The notes under the pieces are model-generated. The model saw only the letters and a list, made by a program, of their open reading frames with translations. It had not been told where the DNA came from and made no database searches. Positions 13,187 to 25,940 of a stretch of DNA of 64,000 nt are shown piece by piece. Position 1 is the stretch's first letter. Each line of letters starts with the position of its first letter. The DNA is taken from positions 154,256,001 through 154,320,000 of the forward strand of contig NC_042998.1 in assembly GCF_006345805.1 (NCBI RefSeq), written 5' to 3'. Both the position numbers and the translations under genes were made by a program. Origin of the DNA: Octopus sinensis. Lineage: Eukaryota.

Positions 13187-13444
13187 ATCCCTTGATATGC
13201 CGAATATCGGTTGAATATTGGGAGACAAAGTCCAAGTGGCGAAGTTCTCTTGGTGAATGTCGATCCGGTTTGGTACGGAACGCATAAACTAGTGGTTTAT
13301 GGTCCGTGTAGATCACGAAATCCAATCCTTCGAGCATGTGATGAAAATGCTTCACTGAAAGGTAGGTTGCCGAGAGTTCATGGCCGAACGTACTATATTT
13401 GGCTTCAGTGGGTTGCAACCACTTAGAAAAGAAGGATAAGGGTT
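13187..13444 (-). repeat. 258-bp near-identical duplicate of Gypsy fragment 12296-12553
   Basis: Direct repeat at offset 891; only one mismatch seen (ggccaaacg vs ggccgaacg). Confidence 0.92.
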
Positions 13445-13585
13445 AGTATTAGTGAAATATTAAAGAATATAGTGAAATAACCACTACGCCATTCCAAGTT
13501 CGATTCCAGACAGTGACCTTAATAATAATAACAACATCAAAAAAATACCTTAGGAATGAGAATCCAGGTTCAAAATTTCCCCCAA

Positions 13586-13634
13586 GACACCTGACGAAGG
13601 CTGGAGGGTATATCAGTCAAACTATTTTGTTAAC
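13586..13634 (+). ncRNA. Degenerate hammerhead motif in a short Penelope-associated repeat
   Basis: gacac-CTGACGA-a-ggctg-gagggtatat-cagtc-aaact; CUGANGA box and stem II intact, G of GAAA lost. The host repeat (from ~13520) appears to resume at ~14129 after the SINE. Confidence 0.45.
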
Positions 13635-13715
13635 AACAATGAAGATGAGGACAAATATCTATCAAATATAAATAATGTTTATTTATATTTAGATGCATGC
13701 AGGAGTGGCTATTTA

Positions 13716-14128
13716 GGCACAGGAGTGACTGTGTAAGTAGCTTGCTAACCAACCACATGGTTCCGGGTTCAGTCCCACTGCGTTGCATCTTGGGCAAGTG
13801 TCTTTTGCTATAGCCCTGGGCCGACCAATGCCTTGTGAGTGAATTTGGTAGACGGAAACTGAAAGAAGCCTGTCGTATATATGTATATATATGTATGTGT
13901 GTGTGTTTGTGTGTCTGTGTTTGTCCCCCTAGCATTGCTTGACAACCGATGCTGGTGTGTTTACGTCCCCGTCACTTAGCGGTTCAGCAAAAGAGACCGA
14001 TAGAATAAGTACTGGGCTTACAAAGAATAAGTCCCAGAGTCGATTTGCTCGACTAAAGGCGGTGCTCCAGCATAGCCGCAGTCAAATGACTGAAACAAGT
14101 AAAAGAGAAATAAAAGAATAAAAGAGAA
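13716..14128 (+). mobile_element. Full-length tRNA-derived CORE-type SINE
   Basis: tRNA-like head with B box (ggttcagtccc), CORE-like cttgggcaagtgtctt, internal (TA)(TG) microsatellite, tail gactgaaacaagtaaaagag; many sister copies in the window. Confidence 0.88.
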
Positions 14129-15549
14129 AATGTACATAATTCCTTATCTCTTAAATATAGAACTGTATCATGAAATAACTTGATGATTCTGGTAGGTTAT
14201 CAGAGATAAAGTTAAAGACACCCAACATATGACCTATTTGGCTCATGACTACTTGCATTTACAATCATATATATTTCTGTGCAATATCTCTTGGCATTTA
14301 ATAATCACATTTATGGTCATTTATATTCCTGTGTGCATATGCATAATTTCTCCAAAACTCACATTCAAATATTCCTACATCCAGTCTCACATATCTCCAC
14401 TTTCACATTTATTTTACTCCCCAAAATCATCTCCTAACGATTTACTACACCAAAGATATTGCACAAGAGGAAGATTTTTCTATCTACTTCAGGCAAGAAA
14501 CAGAAGAAATTACTTAATTCAGAGACTAATACACATACAATTAATCGACATGGTGGAGTGAAGAAAATAAATCCTACTGTATATGATTTACAGTTATCTC
14601 ATTCAACATGCTCCACTCAAAGTGCTTAAAATGTACTAAGATGCTATACTGTATTTTAGCATCATCAATGACAAAGAAATGGCATGGATTTGTCTATGAA
14701 ATCGAGAAATTGTTAATGTTCTGAATCAAACAGCAGATACAAGAATATGTACCCTTAAGCCAATTAACAATTCAAAGGTGCAAAATATTTTCATGTCTTA
14801 GTAGGAATGGATGGGAAAGGGATATAAATATAACTTTCAAGCCAGCAATGGATGATTTAATTACTCAAAACATTAAAAAAATATTTTAACTCTATGTTGT
14901 CTGAGAAACAGAAGTTGAGAAAGTCTATGTATTAACAGCTGAGAAATTTAAAACTTAGGAAGAACTAATTAACAGAAAAGGATACTAAATAGAATAAGTC
15001 TTTAATGGGGATGATATCGGCTTATATGAGAACAGGAATGATTCAATAAACACTTACATCCAGAGGTAAAAACTATTCCTGGATTGAAAACATAACTCTG
15101 TAACTAGGAGGTAATATTGCTGGTTATAAACAGAAACCTCAATTTTACTATTCTAAAAATCTGCATGCATCTAAAAATATTAATGAGAATACATTACCAG
15201 TCCACTCTTGATCAAACAATGTTAGATGACTAGTTTTCAGATTATTTTATTCCAAATGCACAAAAACTGCATTATAAACAGTACAATTGGACATCTGGCT
15301 CATCAAGACAATATCCATCTGAACATAAAGGTATCTGTAGTGGATGTGTGTATGTATTAATAAATACATAAGTTGTTTCGTGATTAAATAGAGATTTATT
15401 TCCACTACATAAATTTTGTAAGCAATGCTACGCATTGCTTGTACAGAATACATATTAAAGAATGCTTGTACAGAATACATATTAAAGAAGAATATGTTTG
15501 CATGTGTGTGAGTAAATCATTCAGGACAGTAACCTGTAGGCATATTCTC

Positions 15550-15860
15550 TAGTCGTCTCCAAAACGCGTAGTGTCTGCTTTAGCGTCAGCTCCGGTTCTC
15601 TCTGTATAGCCGTTTTTTCCTTTCTATTTATAAAATCTCAAATAGCCAGAAAAATAGATATATCGCAACACAGTTACTGTTTAAGTAGGTCATCGTTCGT
15701 CCCCTTGAACTTCGCGTGACATGGCTCAGGTCGGAGGTCAAAGGCGAGACGATCAATCACTTTTTGTCAGAACAAAGGAATCTTAATTTCGCGGCTTTGC
15801 ATGCATTGGTATTTGACGACCGATGATTCTTGGATTCGATTTCGAATCCAAGCTTAGAGA
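15550..15860. promoter_or_regulatory. CpG-rich unique segment, candidate promoter / first exon
   Basis: About 20 CpGs in ~300 bp within CpG-depleted DNA, no resemblance to the repeat families here; AGGTCA-type half sites and a perfect 11-bp inverted repeat at 15829-15852. Confidence 0.4.
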
Positions 15861-15874
15861 AGGAAGTGCTAACT

Positions 15875-16390
15875 CTTACATATCTATATACCAACTAACA
15901 ACACTATCTGTCTTTCAACCAATGGACCATGGTGCTGTAACAGCATTTAAAGTCTATTATATGCAATTAATGTTTGCCTAGGCTATAGTTTTAACAGATG
16001 ATGAGACAGAGATTTGAATATGTTCTGGAAAAGTTACATTTTTCAGTGCCTTAAATATATTGCAGTGTTATGAAAGAAAAGTCATTAGACTACAAATCTA
16101 AAGAACTGTCCAACAAAGACCTCACTGAATTAGAAGCAGATAGAATTATAGAGGAAGATGAGCCAAGTAATTCATTCATTGCAAAGAGGCTGGCAGATAT
16201 GTTTTCTTATTCTAGTAAATGTCTTGCCCTGTTAGAAATGAAAGACCAGAATGTCAAAAGATTTGATAAGATCAAAGGAAATATTAAAGCCATAATATGC
16301 TGTTACCAAGAAATATGTGAAGATAAAGGAAAGGCTCAAATCAAACTCGGTGCCTTTTTTCAAGAAGATTACAAGAATTTCCCCTTGTAA
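15875..16390 (+). mobile_element. pogo/Tigger transposase relic (DDE_1)
   Basis: YIPTNNT..QPMDHGAVTAFKVYY, then ELSNKDLTELE...F.AKRLADMFS, typical of the Tigger C-terminus. Confidence 0.75.
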
Positions 16391-17984
16391 AGTGGTTGGT
16401 GTCTGGAGTGGCATCCAGCTGTAAAAACCTTACTAAAACTGACCTCACCTGTGCTTGTGCCACACAAAAAGCATTAAGTCCACTTTGTTGAGTGGTTGGT
16501 GTTAGAAAGGGCACACAGCTGTAAAAATCCTGCCGAAAGTCACAGAAGTCTGGTGCACACTTTGGCCTGGCTGGCTTTTGTGGTACCGTCCCACCCAAGC
16601 TAGCATGAAACACAAACATTAAATGATAATGATGGTGATGAACCTACTCATTCTTAACTCAGCAAGTAACTTCCTTGTCAATCCAACATGTTTCCAACAT
16701 GTAAAGTTTGCTTTGGGCTTTATGGCTAAGGAACCAATGAATTTTAATTTTTCAGACATCAAATTTAGTACTACAATGGCTACCATAAGCTGAATATTCA
16801 GATTTACTACTACATGCTGCTACCTCAAGATGACTACAGGTACATACATTTTATGACAAGAATTTGCTTATTATTTTTGTCATTTTAAATTTACTTTTTT
16901 TTGTATGTATGCAGTGTGTATACTTTTATTACTAGTATAATTTGATGGGCAGTCTTCATGTTTTTGCTGCTTTTTAAAATGATTCTCCCATCAATCATTA
17001 TTTTAAAAAATACAAGAAATCAAGAGATTATATAATCATATCTATATATTTAAGAACCATGATAAAGCTAATGTTATGTCACCAGCTGAAAAATTGGGGA
17101 ATTGAAGGACAAAAATGTTGAATTCCATATTACCTGGAACATAGTCAAGCAAACTTTGCCCCATATAAATGATAGGTATGGATGTAGAGACTTTGCTGCA
17201 CCAAATTATTGGAAATCCTAAAATGTACTGGTAAGGTCCTTAGCAAATCTAATGAACTTATGATAAAATGCATACACTACATTAAAATCACTTTTCTATA
17301 TTTTAAATTTGTTAGCTAAAATGCTCCTGATACTTATCCTATAGTTTTTAATTTAGTTAAGTAACCTCTTTTCATTACTGAACCATTTGAATACTTTTAA
17401 CTATTTAACTTATATACATACACTTGCTCAGTGTTGTCACCTGCTTCTGCCAGTTACCTTTCTTGGTCCATCGATTAACACAAAACATATCATTTATTCT
17501 CCCTAGTTATGTATAATAATGTAAAGTTATTCAGCACTTCATGTGGTGTTCAAACCAGAAAATATTTAATTATCCAATGTAAGACCTCTCATTTCCTATA
17601 GTCGTTTATTTGTGTGTGTGTGTGTGTATGTGTGCATGACTGTATATACATGTTTGCAATGTATATATATGTAGTATGTCTCTCTATCTTCATGCATATA
17701 TATCTATGTAGCTGCCTGTATGTGTGCTGTATGGGAGTGTATCTACATATGCGTATGTATGTACATGCATGTCAATATATAAGAGGGGTTGGTGAAATCC
17801 TTTTGCTTGTCTCCTTTAACTAATGGTAAGTCTGCTAGATATTTGATGACTTTATAATTACTACCTGGCACCACTGTGTCTATAGAAAGTTTAGATTATT
17901 TTGCTATCAAAGTTGAACCATAAATTAAATTTTCCCATTGTAGCAGCAGCACCACAAAACCTCAAAACGGACAATCATAATTTT

Positions 17985-18460
17985 TCTTAGCTTGATGTGT
18001 CTTCTCAAGCACAGTAAGCAACCAGAAGTCTCAGTCCCTTGTCAACTCCTCTGTGAGGCCCAAAGTCTGAAGATCCGTTTTCATCACAATGTCCCACACA
18101 TTCCCTTCACAATTAGAAATCAGCACTTTTTGAAGCAGCTGTCTTCATCCTTACACATTTCCCATCAGCCTTCCCTCTTGCAAACTAAATCTAATGTCTC
18201 ATATACCCAGTTTTTCTCTCAAATCACTTACACTGTTGTACATGCACAAAATGCTCCAAAGCTGAATAGTCATATCTGTCAAATCAGTTACATGTAGAGA
18301 TACATGGGAGTTTAGTGATAGCAGCAGTGGTTTATTTACATTATTTTCAGTCTCTCTTTTAACAGATTTTGGCTGGTTCTGAAGTGTGAGAAGATCGGTT
18401 ACCATCACAAGAATGAGAATAGCAGTTACTATCTGAAATATGCTTCTTGTTCAAGCTCTT
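17985..18460 (-). mobile_element. Highly decayed RTE LINE fragment
   Basis: Weak similarity to the C-terminal ORF of the RTE copies (SVSDLREKLGI; gatgaagacagctgc; cttgagaagac). Confidence 0.6.
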
Positions 18461-20199
18461 TCACCATAAGTTTGGAAGAACATTGTCCCAGTACTTTTTT
18501 TAGTTACCTCATTTGGCTGATAGAAGGATCATTGCAGTCTTTTTCATTGCACCAAAATAGATACTGACTTAAATATAACGACCAAAGCATGAGTGTGTGT
18601 GTATCAGGTTACTCTTTGAACTACTGGTAACATGTAACCCAGTACAACCATATGAGCAAAAGATCTCTAGTCATTGTTTAGACATCTTTCATGAGGAAGG
18701 AAAACTTAGATATAACACCTGCAACTTCATCCATATCTAATGGTTTAGATTGGCTCTTCTTTTTGGGTAAATGCATGTGTTGTTTAGACATTGGGATTAG
18801 CACTGTATGTGTGTGTTTGTCAATATTTTAACTGAATCTATGTTCTTAATTTTGTTGTGTCTAGTGAGAGTCATTATGCCAGCATTATTAACACATGCAC
18901 TGGTTCAATTCCACTCCTTTAATTGGTAAAATATCCAACTAACTAATTGATTGTTTGTTTAACTTAGTTAAACTGTAAGTTGTTTGTTTAGTCCATTATG
19001 GAGGCCATGTTTGTCTGTCTGAGACCTTGTTGCATACATGTGTGCCAGTGTTCACATGTGCTGATGTATTTATATATGTATGTATATATTCTTCTGTGTA
19101 TGTATTCCTCTGTGTGTATGTACTTCTGCTTTTGTGTGAGTTTGTGTATGTGTGCACATGTGTCTGTAATGTATGCATGTATGCTTATATATGTTTGTGT
19201 ATACATGGTATGCATATATATCTATATGTGCCTATACATAATGTGTGCATGTATCTATGCATATATGCCTGAGTGTGTGTCTGAGTGTATATGTCCATGT
19301 TTCTGTCTCCTTGAGTGTAAGTGCATGTCTGTTCATACTGCCTATTTACTTACCTACCTACATAATTAAGTAACTAACAATCTATATAACTAACCTAACC
19401 ACCTAAAAACATACTTATTTACCTACCTATCTACCTACTTGAATGCTTACTTATGAGTGTACCTATGTATGTATACTGCATGGGTGGTATCTGTGACATT
19501 GAGCTATCTCTACCTCCTAGGTGTATTTCCTATTTAGTATGGGTATAATGTTTAATTTCTGAGAATGTACTCTTGTATTTGGCTAAGTGGGTCCTTTGGG
19601 TGTTTGGAAAAAATGTGGATGTCAGTTTGACCCAGTGTGTTGCCAAGTTGGTCTTTGGCATGTTGATAGTTTATGGACAACTGCTTTTGTCATTATACTC
19701 TCTCCTGAGTGTCATTTAGCCTCTCTGCTAAACTCCGAGAAGTTTCCCCAATGTATGCCATGTTTCTATCCTTATGAACTTCTTACATGTACCTTATGCT
19801 GTAGACTACATGCCCAATCTTACAGTTAATACTGGGGTTAAAGTTACATGCCACACACTTTCCATTTGTGCACATGGTATTTTCAAAAGCGTACAGCCAA
19901 CATAATTATGATCTGATGGAGCTCCCTGGCTTCTCAACAATCTTAATGTTGAGTCTGGTGTCCGTTAGAGCCTTCTTAACCCTACAGGCTAACTCCCTAT
20001 GAGGTGTGGCCTCTACAAACATCACTCCTTGATATTTATCAGCTTTGTACCATGTGTTAACTGTGTAGAATATATTCTTAATTATTATTCTTTTTTATAT
20101 GCTCATATCTTATAAATAGTTTATTAACAGATAATTCTTATTTTATTTCTTATTTTTACCTAACATATATGTTTACATCTCTATGTCCACTCCTCTGTG

Positions 20200-22340
20200 A
20201 AGACATAGAAATTTCGAATGAGCATGATTAGCCAGTGAGAGTGTCATTCCCCAAGTTTCTTTTGGAGCAAATGTCAAGGAGGAGAAAATTCTAAAACACC
20301 CATCTCATTGCAAAGCCAGAAACTTTGCTCTTGCTTGCTTCTAGACAACATAGCTTTATAGGAGAGTCTCAATGGTGTTAAGCTGTTACTGACTTTAAAT
20401 TTCAGCACAGCATTGCTGACTGACATTACCTTTAACAACTGGGTGGATTTTGAAGTCCTTTGGCAATGGAAAAGCAGTGACACGTACAGGCCTGACAAAC
20501 TCGAAGCATGTAGTTGTTGACTTGTACATAAGGTGGAATTTGGTAGACATAAGTCATTTGTCATTAAATTAGGCAATGGTGAGACTTTGATGTTCAACTG
20601 GTGTCTGAGCAACCCTTTTCAAGAATAGCACTGCTTACCAGGGTTCTGGAAGGGTCTAGAAAAGATGTACAAGATGCTCAACAAGAATGTATAGCATCAA
20701 TAAACAACACATCATCATAGGATGTTGTCAGAATGCAGCTAATGAAATTCTTGGGACACCTCCAGCAAAGAGTAGAGACTGGTTTGATGAAAATGACCAA
20801 GCTATAAAACAATGCTTTCAAAAAAAAAAATGGGATACAGAATAAAATGCTGCAAGAAAGGATATTAAAGAAAAGGAAGCTTCAGTTGTAAGAAAATTCC
20901 AAGCATGCAATTGCCATAGCTCAACACACTCTGCAAATAATGTAGTAAAACTAGTGGTTGAGACTGGTGACCAACATGCAAGCAGTAGCTGATGCAAAAA
21001 TCACAAAGGTGATTTATAGTTAGATGAAGCAAACCTTTTGACCAAATTCTACAAATTCTTAAGATGGGAGAGATCTGCTTGTAGACAAAGAAAGCATATC
21101 TAAGATATGGAAGGAACATTTTAATGAGTTGGTAAATAGTGTTAAATCTCAAGTAGGGCCTGCTGACCTTGAAAATATTCAGTGAGGACCATCCATTCTT
21201 AATGATCCACCAACCAAGGAGGAAGTAGTACAAAATGACATCAAGAAACTTAATCATAGAAAAGCTGCTGGAAAAGACAGATTTTTTGCAGAGATCTCTC
21301 AATTTGGTGGTGAAAGATTAGCAAAAATTATGCATAACCTAATTTTTGAAATCCAGAGGGACAGTGAAGTACTGAAGGACTGAAAAGACATCATGATAAT
21401 AGCATTATATAAAAACAAGGGTTTACTAGAGAACTGCAGAAATTATAAAACAATAGCACTGCTTGTGTGGCCCCAATCATCCTAACAAGTTTGAACAACA
21501 ATATAACAAACTTGATTTTGCCAGAATGACAATGTGGTTTCAGGCCCCACAGAATCACAGTTGACATGACCTTTATGGCTCATCAAATTCAAGAGAAATG
21601 TTTTGAACACCATCAAAACTTGTTCCAAGTTTTTGTGGTCTCAACAAAGGCTTTTGACATGGGCAACTAAAAAGCATTATGGTGGATCCTGATCAAGTTG
21701 AGTCACCTAGATCACTTTGTTGATATCAAAAAGTCTTTTCAAAATGACAAGTAAATCTGGATAAATGTTGGTGGTATTCTCAGTGAGCCAATTAAAATCA
21801 AGAAGGGTGTTAAATAGGGTGATCTCATGGCACCAACTTTTTTCTCTATCTCCTCTATAGTGCTAATTGATGCATTCAGGGACTGCAACAAAGGCATCTT
21901 CATTAGATACCAAAATACTTGTTCCATATATGACATTTTGCCGTGAAGACCAAAATCTTTCATTATCTTATATGCAATCAATTATATGCTGATGACTATG
22001 TGGAATGAGTGTGCTACAATAGCACACTCATTCCACATGTACACAAACATTTATGGATAGACTCTCACAATCTTGTAAGGCATTCAGATTAACCATTAGC
22101 CTCAACAGGACAGTGGTAATGTTTCACTCAACTCCTAGATCACGCTATGTTGAATCATCAATTTTTGTCTATGGTCATAGGCTCAAATTTGTAGATAAAT
22201 TTTTATATGTAGGAAGTATGGTTATTCAGCACAGTTTAAAGATGATGAAATAGTTTTAAGCATCATCAGAAAAGCAAATGAGGTTTTTGCTAGTCTCAAA
22301 GCATGTGTTTGTGATTGGAAAGGCATTTAAAAAGGTACTA
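20200..22340 (+). mobile_element. Decayed BovB-like RTE LINE
   Basis: Remnants DWFDEND, KAAGKD, IALYKNKG, QCGFR, IQEKC, LTKAFD, GVK*GD.MAPT.F, YADD, LTISL.RT.VM. Confidence 0.75.
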
Positions 22341-22369
22341 AAATTAGAATATATAACGCAAACGGTGCT

Positions 22370-22560
22370 GTCTTTTCGTCCAACATTACTTCATCAAGCA
22401 TATTTTTGACCATGTCTTTGAGTCCAATGTCTTTTTGTCCAATGACAAATCCTATAAATAAAATTCTCAATAATTATATGATTTTCTAAAGAGTTTATTT
22501 ACAATTGGACAAAAAGTCGTTGACAAAAAAATCATTGGACTAAAAGATGTGAATGAAGTG
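22370..22560. mobile_element. Small palindromic MITE-like element
   Basis: Left gtccaatgtctttttgtccaatgac mirrored by right gtcgttgacaaaaaaatcattggac; outer ends ill-defined. Confidence 0.4.
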
Positions 22561-22974
22561 TAAGGCAGAAGTAATCATTGGCATCAGGAAGTTTCAGGAA
22601 TCTATATCAGAATTAGCTAATATAAAGTAAGCAGTCACAAAAAGAGAACCTGTTAGTCCAACAGTCCCACAGTTTCTGTGTGATGAATGTGTACAAGTCT
22701 GCCTCACAAGTCACCAATGTAAACATCGTGAAAGGCCTCTATTGAGTACAACCAGTTTCTAGCAGTTAATCTGATGTGATGTGTGTTGTTGGAAATTTTT
22801 CTAGTCAATCTATACTCTCAAGGCACATGAAAGTGCACAATCAAGGTGCATCTGTGACAGAAAATGGAAGTCACTTGCTATATTAAGTCCCATGATTTCT
22901 GATAAAAAAAAAAACAGAAATGAGATTTGTTAGTGACAGCCATACTCATCTAAGATAACATCCAGCATCTATGA

Positions 22975-24070
22975 GATGCAACATTTGTAGTGGAGTATTT
23001 AAAAGTAGACATGGTATGAAGATTCACCAAGGTAGATAGAAATGCGAAGAACAACGACAGCAATGAAAAGCATCTGATACTACCCAGAGGCTTATTTCTA
23101 GGAGCATTAGAACTGTTTGTCAGTCTTTTGATTGACAGTGTCCAGGATCTCTCTGCTCAACCTGCTCAGAAAATATGAAGAGTTGGTGAAGCTGAAAATC
23201 CAAAGAGATTCAAAAAGAAGTCACAATTGAGTTTGCCACTAGCATCAAATTTTAGGAGTGTTCAGTTGGACATCATTCTGGATAATATTCTGATAGGTAA
23301 TGCAACCAAAAAGATAAAAATCTTGGTACAAGCAATAGACCAGGTATGCCAGGATGCCTCTGGCGCCTTGGCATACAAGGCGTCAAGCTGGCAGAAACGT
23401 TAGCATGCCGGGTGAAATGCTTAGCGATATTTCGTCTGCCTTTATGTTCTGAGTTCAAATTCCACCGAGGTTGACTTTGCCTTTCATCCTTTCAGGGTCG
23501 ATAAATTAAGTACCAGTTATGCACTGGGGTTGATCTAATCAACAATTCAAATTGTCTGTCCTTGTTTGTCCCCTCTGTGTGTAGCGCCTTGTGAGCAATA
23601 AAGAAACAAGATGCCTCTGGCATGAATGAAGGTAAAACTAACAAGCAGCAGGGCCTTCATGGATGACATAATAATCATGACACTATCAATCCAAGGGCTA
23701 TAGCAGAACTTGAGCTTACTACAAAAGATGGCCACATGGTCACATATGAAATTCAATCCAGCAAAATCTCAGAGTATCCATAAACGAAGGCTGATAAATA
23801 ATATCTTCAGCATTCAGATGTCTGAGATTCCAGCAATCAAAGCAAAAGGAACCTGATACCTTGGGAAGGATTATGACTATCTTTAAGGACAACACCAAGA
23901 CTGGCTAAACAACTGGCTCAGGCAGTTGATGAAAGTCAGCTACTTTGAAGGTTTAAAGTATGGTGCTTCTGTTATGGAATCATATCCAGAATGCAATGAC
24001 CATTCTTGCTATATGATTTTGCCATGACTCAAGTGGTGGCAAACAAGAGATTGTGCAGTAACTTGTGCAA
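22975..24070 (+). mobile_element. Internally deleted HERO/NeSL-type non-LTR retrotransposon relic
   Basis: N-terminal finger CNICSGVFKSRHGMKIHQGR*KC; RT motif RAFMDDIIIMT...WSHMKFNPAKS; FKVWCFCYGI...PFLLYD, all matching recalled HERO ORF motifs. Confidence 0.7.
23365..23609 (+). mobile_element. Meta-domain tRNA SINE with 12-bp TSD
   Basis: gagttcaaattccaccgaggttgactttgcctttcatcctttcagggtcgataaattaagtacc; TSD gatgcctctggc at 23353-23364 and 23610-23621. Confidence 0.85.
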
Positions 24071-24672
24071 ACAGTTTGAAATATATGACATGATTAATTC
24101 TATGGTAAATTATAAGAGGCAAATAGTATTTCATGATAAAAAGAAAAAACATTGTGCAAAGAATTGTAGTTTACAGAAAATTTGTGCATCATAATAATAC
24201 ATAATACATAAGTTTATAAAAGTTTTGTTTCTTTTCCCAAAATTATCAAGGTTCTGAAGGTAGTGGACTGACACAAGTAGAATACTAGGCAAACTCTTTA
24301 TTATATTCAGTAACATCCTTTTATGTACTAGTTTCAGATACTATCAAAGCTGACTCTGTCTTATAACCTTAGAGAATTGATAAAATAAGTAATGGTAACA
24401 CACTGGGATTTGTTTGATTGACTTCCTACTTCCATGAAAGTGTGACATCCAAGTAAAGGATAATAGAAAAATATTTGTTTCAAAGGAAAATAAAAAACAA
24501 ATTCTTTGCTAAATGTTTCCATTATGGCAAGTTAAGTGATTAAAAGGATATTTTATCAATATTTATCAATTAAAAATCAAAAAAAAAAAAAAGAAAGAAA
24601 GAAAGAATCATGTTTCTTTGTACTGTGTAGTGTAGAAAACTGTTAAAGAGGTGTTGATAGTTTAAACAAGAA

Positions 24673-24899
24673 CTATGTAGTTGAAAATTCAGAACTCATA
24701 TTTTTCTTCAGTTTGGCTAAGCCTGCCATATGACTGTCTCTCCATTTACGGCGTTTATCCAAATCTGACATTGGCACTTTGGCTGAGAGCTCCCTCTGAA
24801 GACGTTCCAGAATAGGCCCTTCAAATTTTTCTGGTGGAGAAAAGGTTTTTTGCACACGGTTAATTGTATCAGCATATCGTTCAGCATAATCCAGCATTC
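24673..24899 (-). CDS. CRYL1: CRYL1 last coding exon (to TAG stop)
   Basis: Acceptor ttattttccag|GA completes the split Gly codon; MLDYAERYADTINRVQKTFSPPEKFEGPILERLQRELSAKVPMSDLDKRRKWRDSHMAGLAKLKKNMSSEFSTT* matches the CRYL1 C-terminus (RRxWRD...LAKLK). Confidence 0.95.
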
Positions 24900-25172
24900 C
24901 TGGAAAATAAAATGCAATACATTACATGGATTTTAGAAAAATAATTTGATTCATAATGCAATTAACATAAAAACTGTAAAAAACACTAGCATTTTTACAG
25001 ATATGAGTGAAATGATGCTGTGATGTTTATTCAACAAGAATGTTAACTTTCAATGAGCCAGTTCAACTAGGCACATTTCTTTGTAGTAAGTAGCATCAAC
25101 ATTGTAGTATGAGAGCTAAGCTGAAGATGCAACAAGTGATCAAGCCAATGCACATGAAGTATTATTATTAGA

Positions 25173-25560
25173 TAGGCATAGCTGTGGGTAAGAAGTTTGT
25201 TTCCCAACCACATGGTTCCAGATTCCACTGCATGGTACCTTGAGCAAGTGTCTTCTACTATAGCCTCAGGCTGACCAAAGCCTCATGAGTGGATTTGGTA
25301 GATAGAAGCTGAAAGAAGCCTGTTGTATACATATATATCTATGTGTGTGTCTCTGTGTCAGTTTGTTCCCCACCAATGCTTGACTATCAGTGTTGATGTG
25401 TTTATATCCACCGTAATTTAGCAGTTCAGCAAAAGAGATAGATAAAATAAATACCAGACTTTAAAAAATTTAAAAAATGAACTGGGGTTCACTTCATTCA
25501 ACAAAAAATTCAAGGTGGTGCCCCAGCATAGCCGCAGTCTAATGACTGAAACAAGAAAAA
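25173..25560 (+). mobile_element. CORE-type tRNA SINE
   Basis: Collinear with 13716-14128; lies in the last CRYL1 intron. Confidence 0.85.
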
Positions 25561-25604
25561 AGTTTTAAAATATGATGATTATACATTATTATTATTATCA
25601 TTTT

Positions 25605-25940
25605 ACATGTTTTAGTCATTAGACTGTGGCCATGCTTTGAAGAATGAATCAAACCCCATACTTTTTTTTGTGCCTGGTACTTATTCTATCATTTTCTTTT
25701 GCCAAACTGCTATGTTACAGGGATGTAACCACACCAACACTTCTTGTCAAGTGGTGATGGGAGACAAACACAGACACAAAGACACACACAAAAGGCTTCT
25801 TTCAGTTTCCATCTACCAAATCCACTCACAAGGTTTTGGTCGGCACAAAGCTATAAAAGAAGACATTTGCCCAAGGTGTCACAAAGTAGACTGAACCTGG
25901 TATGTGGTTGAGAAGCAAACATCTTACCACACAGCCACTA
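25605..25940 (-). mobile_element. CORE-type tRNA SINE, inverted relative to its neighbour
   Basis: Reverse complement of the 13716-14128 family. Confidence 0.8.

Noticed and set aside
13716-13790. tRNA gene
   Set aside because: The tRNA-like A/B boxes are the head of a multicopy SINE and run straight into the CORE-like body; no full cloverleaf.
15436-15489. 27-bp tandem duplication (tgcttgtacagaatacatattaaagaa x2)
   Set aside because: Ordinary local slippage duplication with no further structure.
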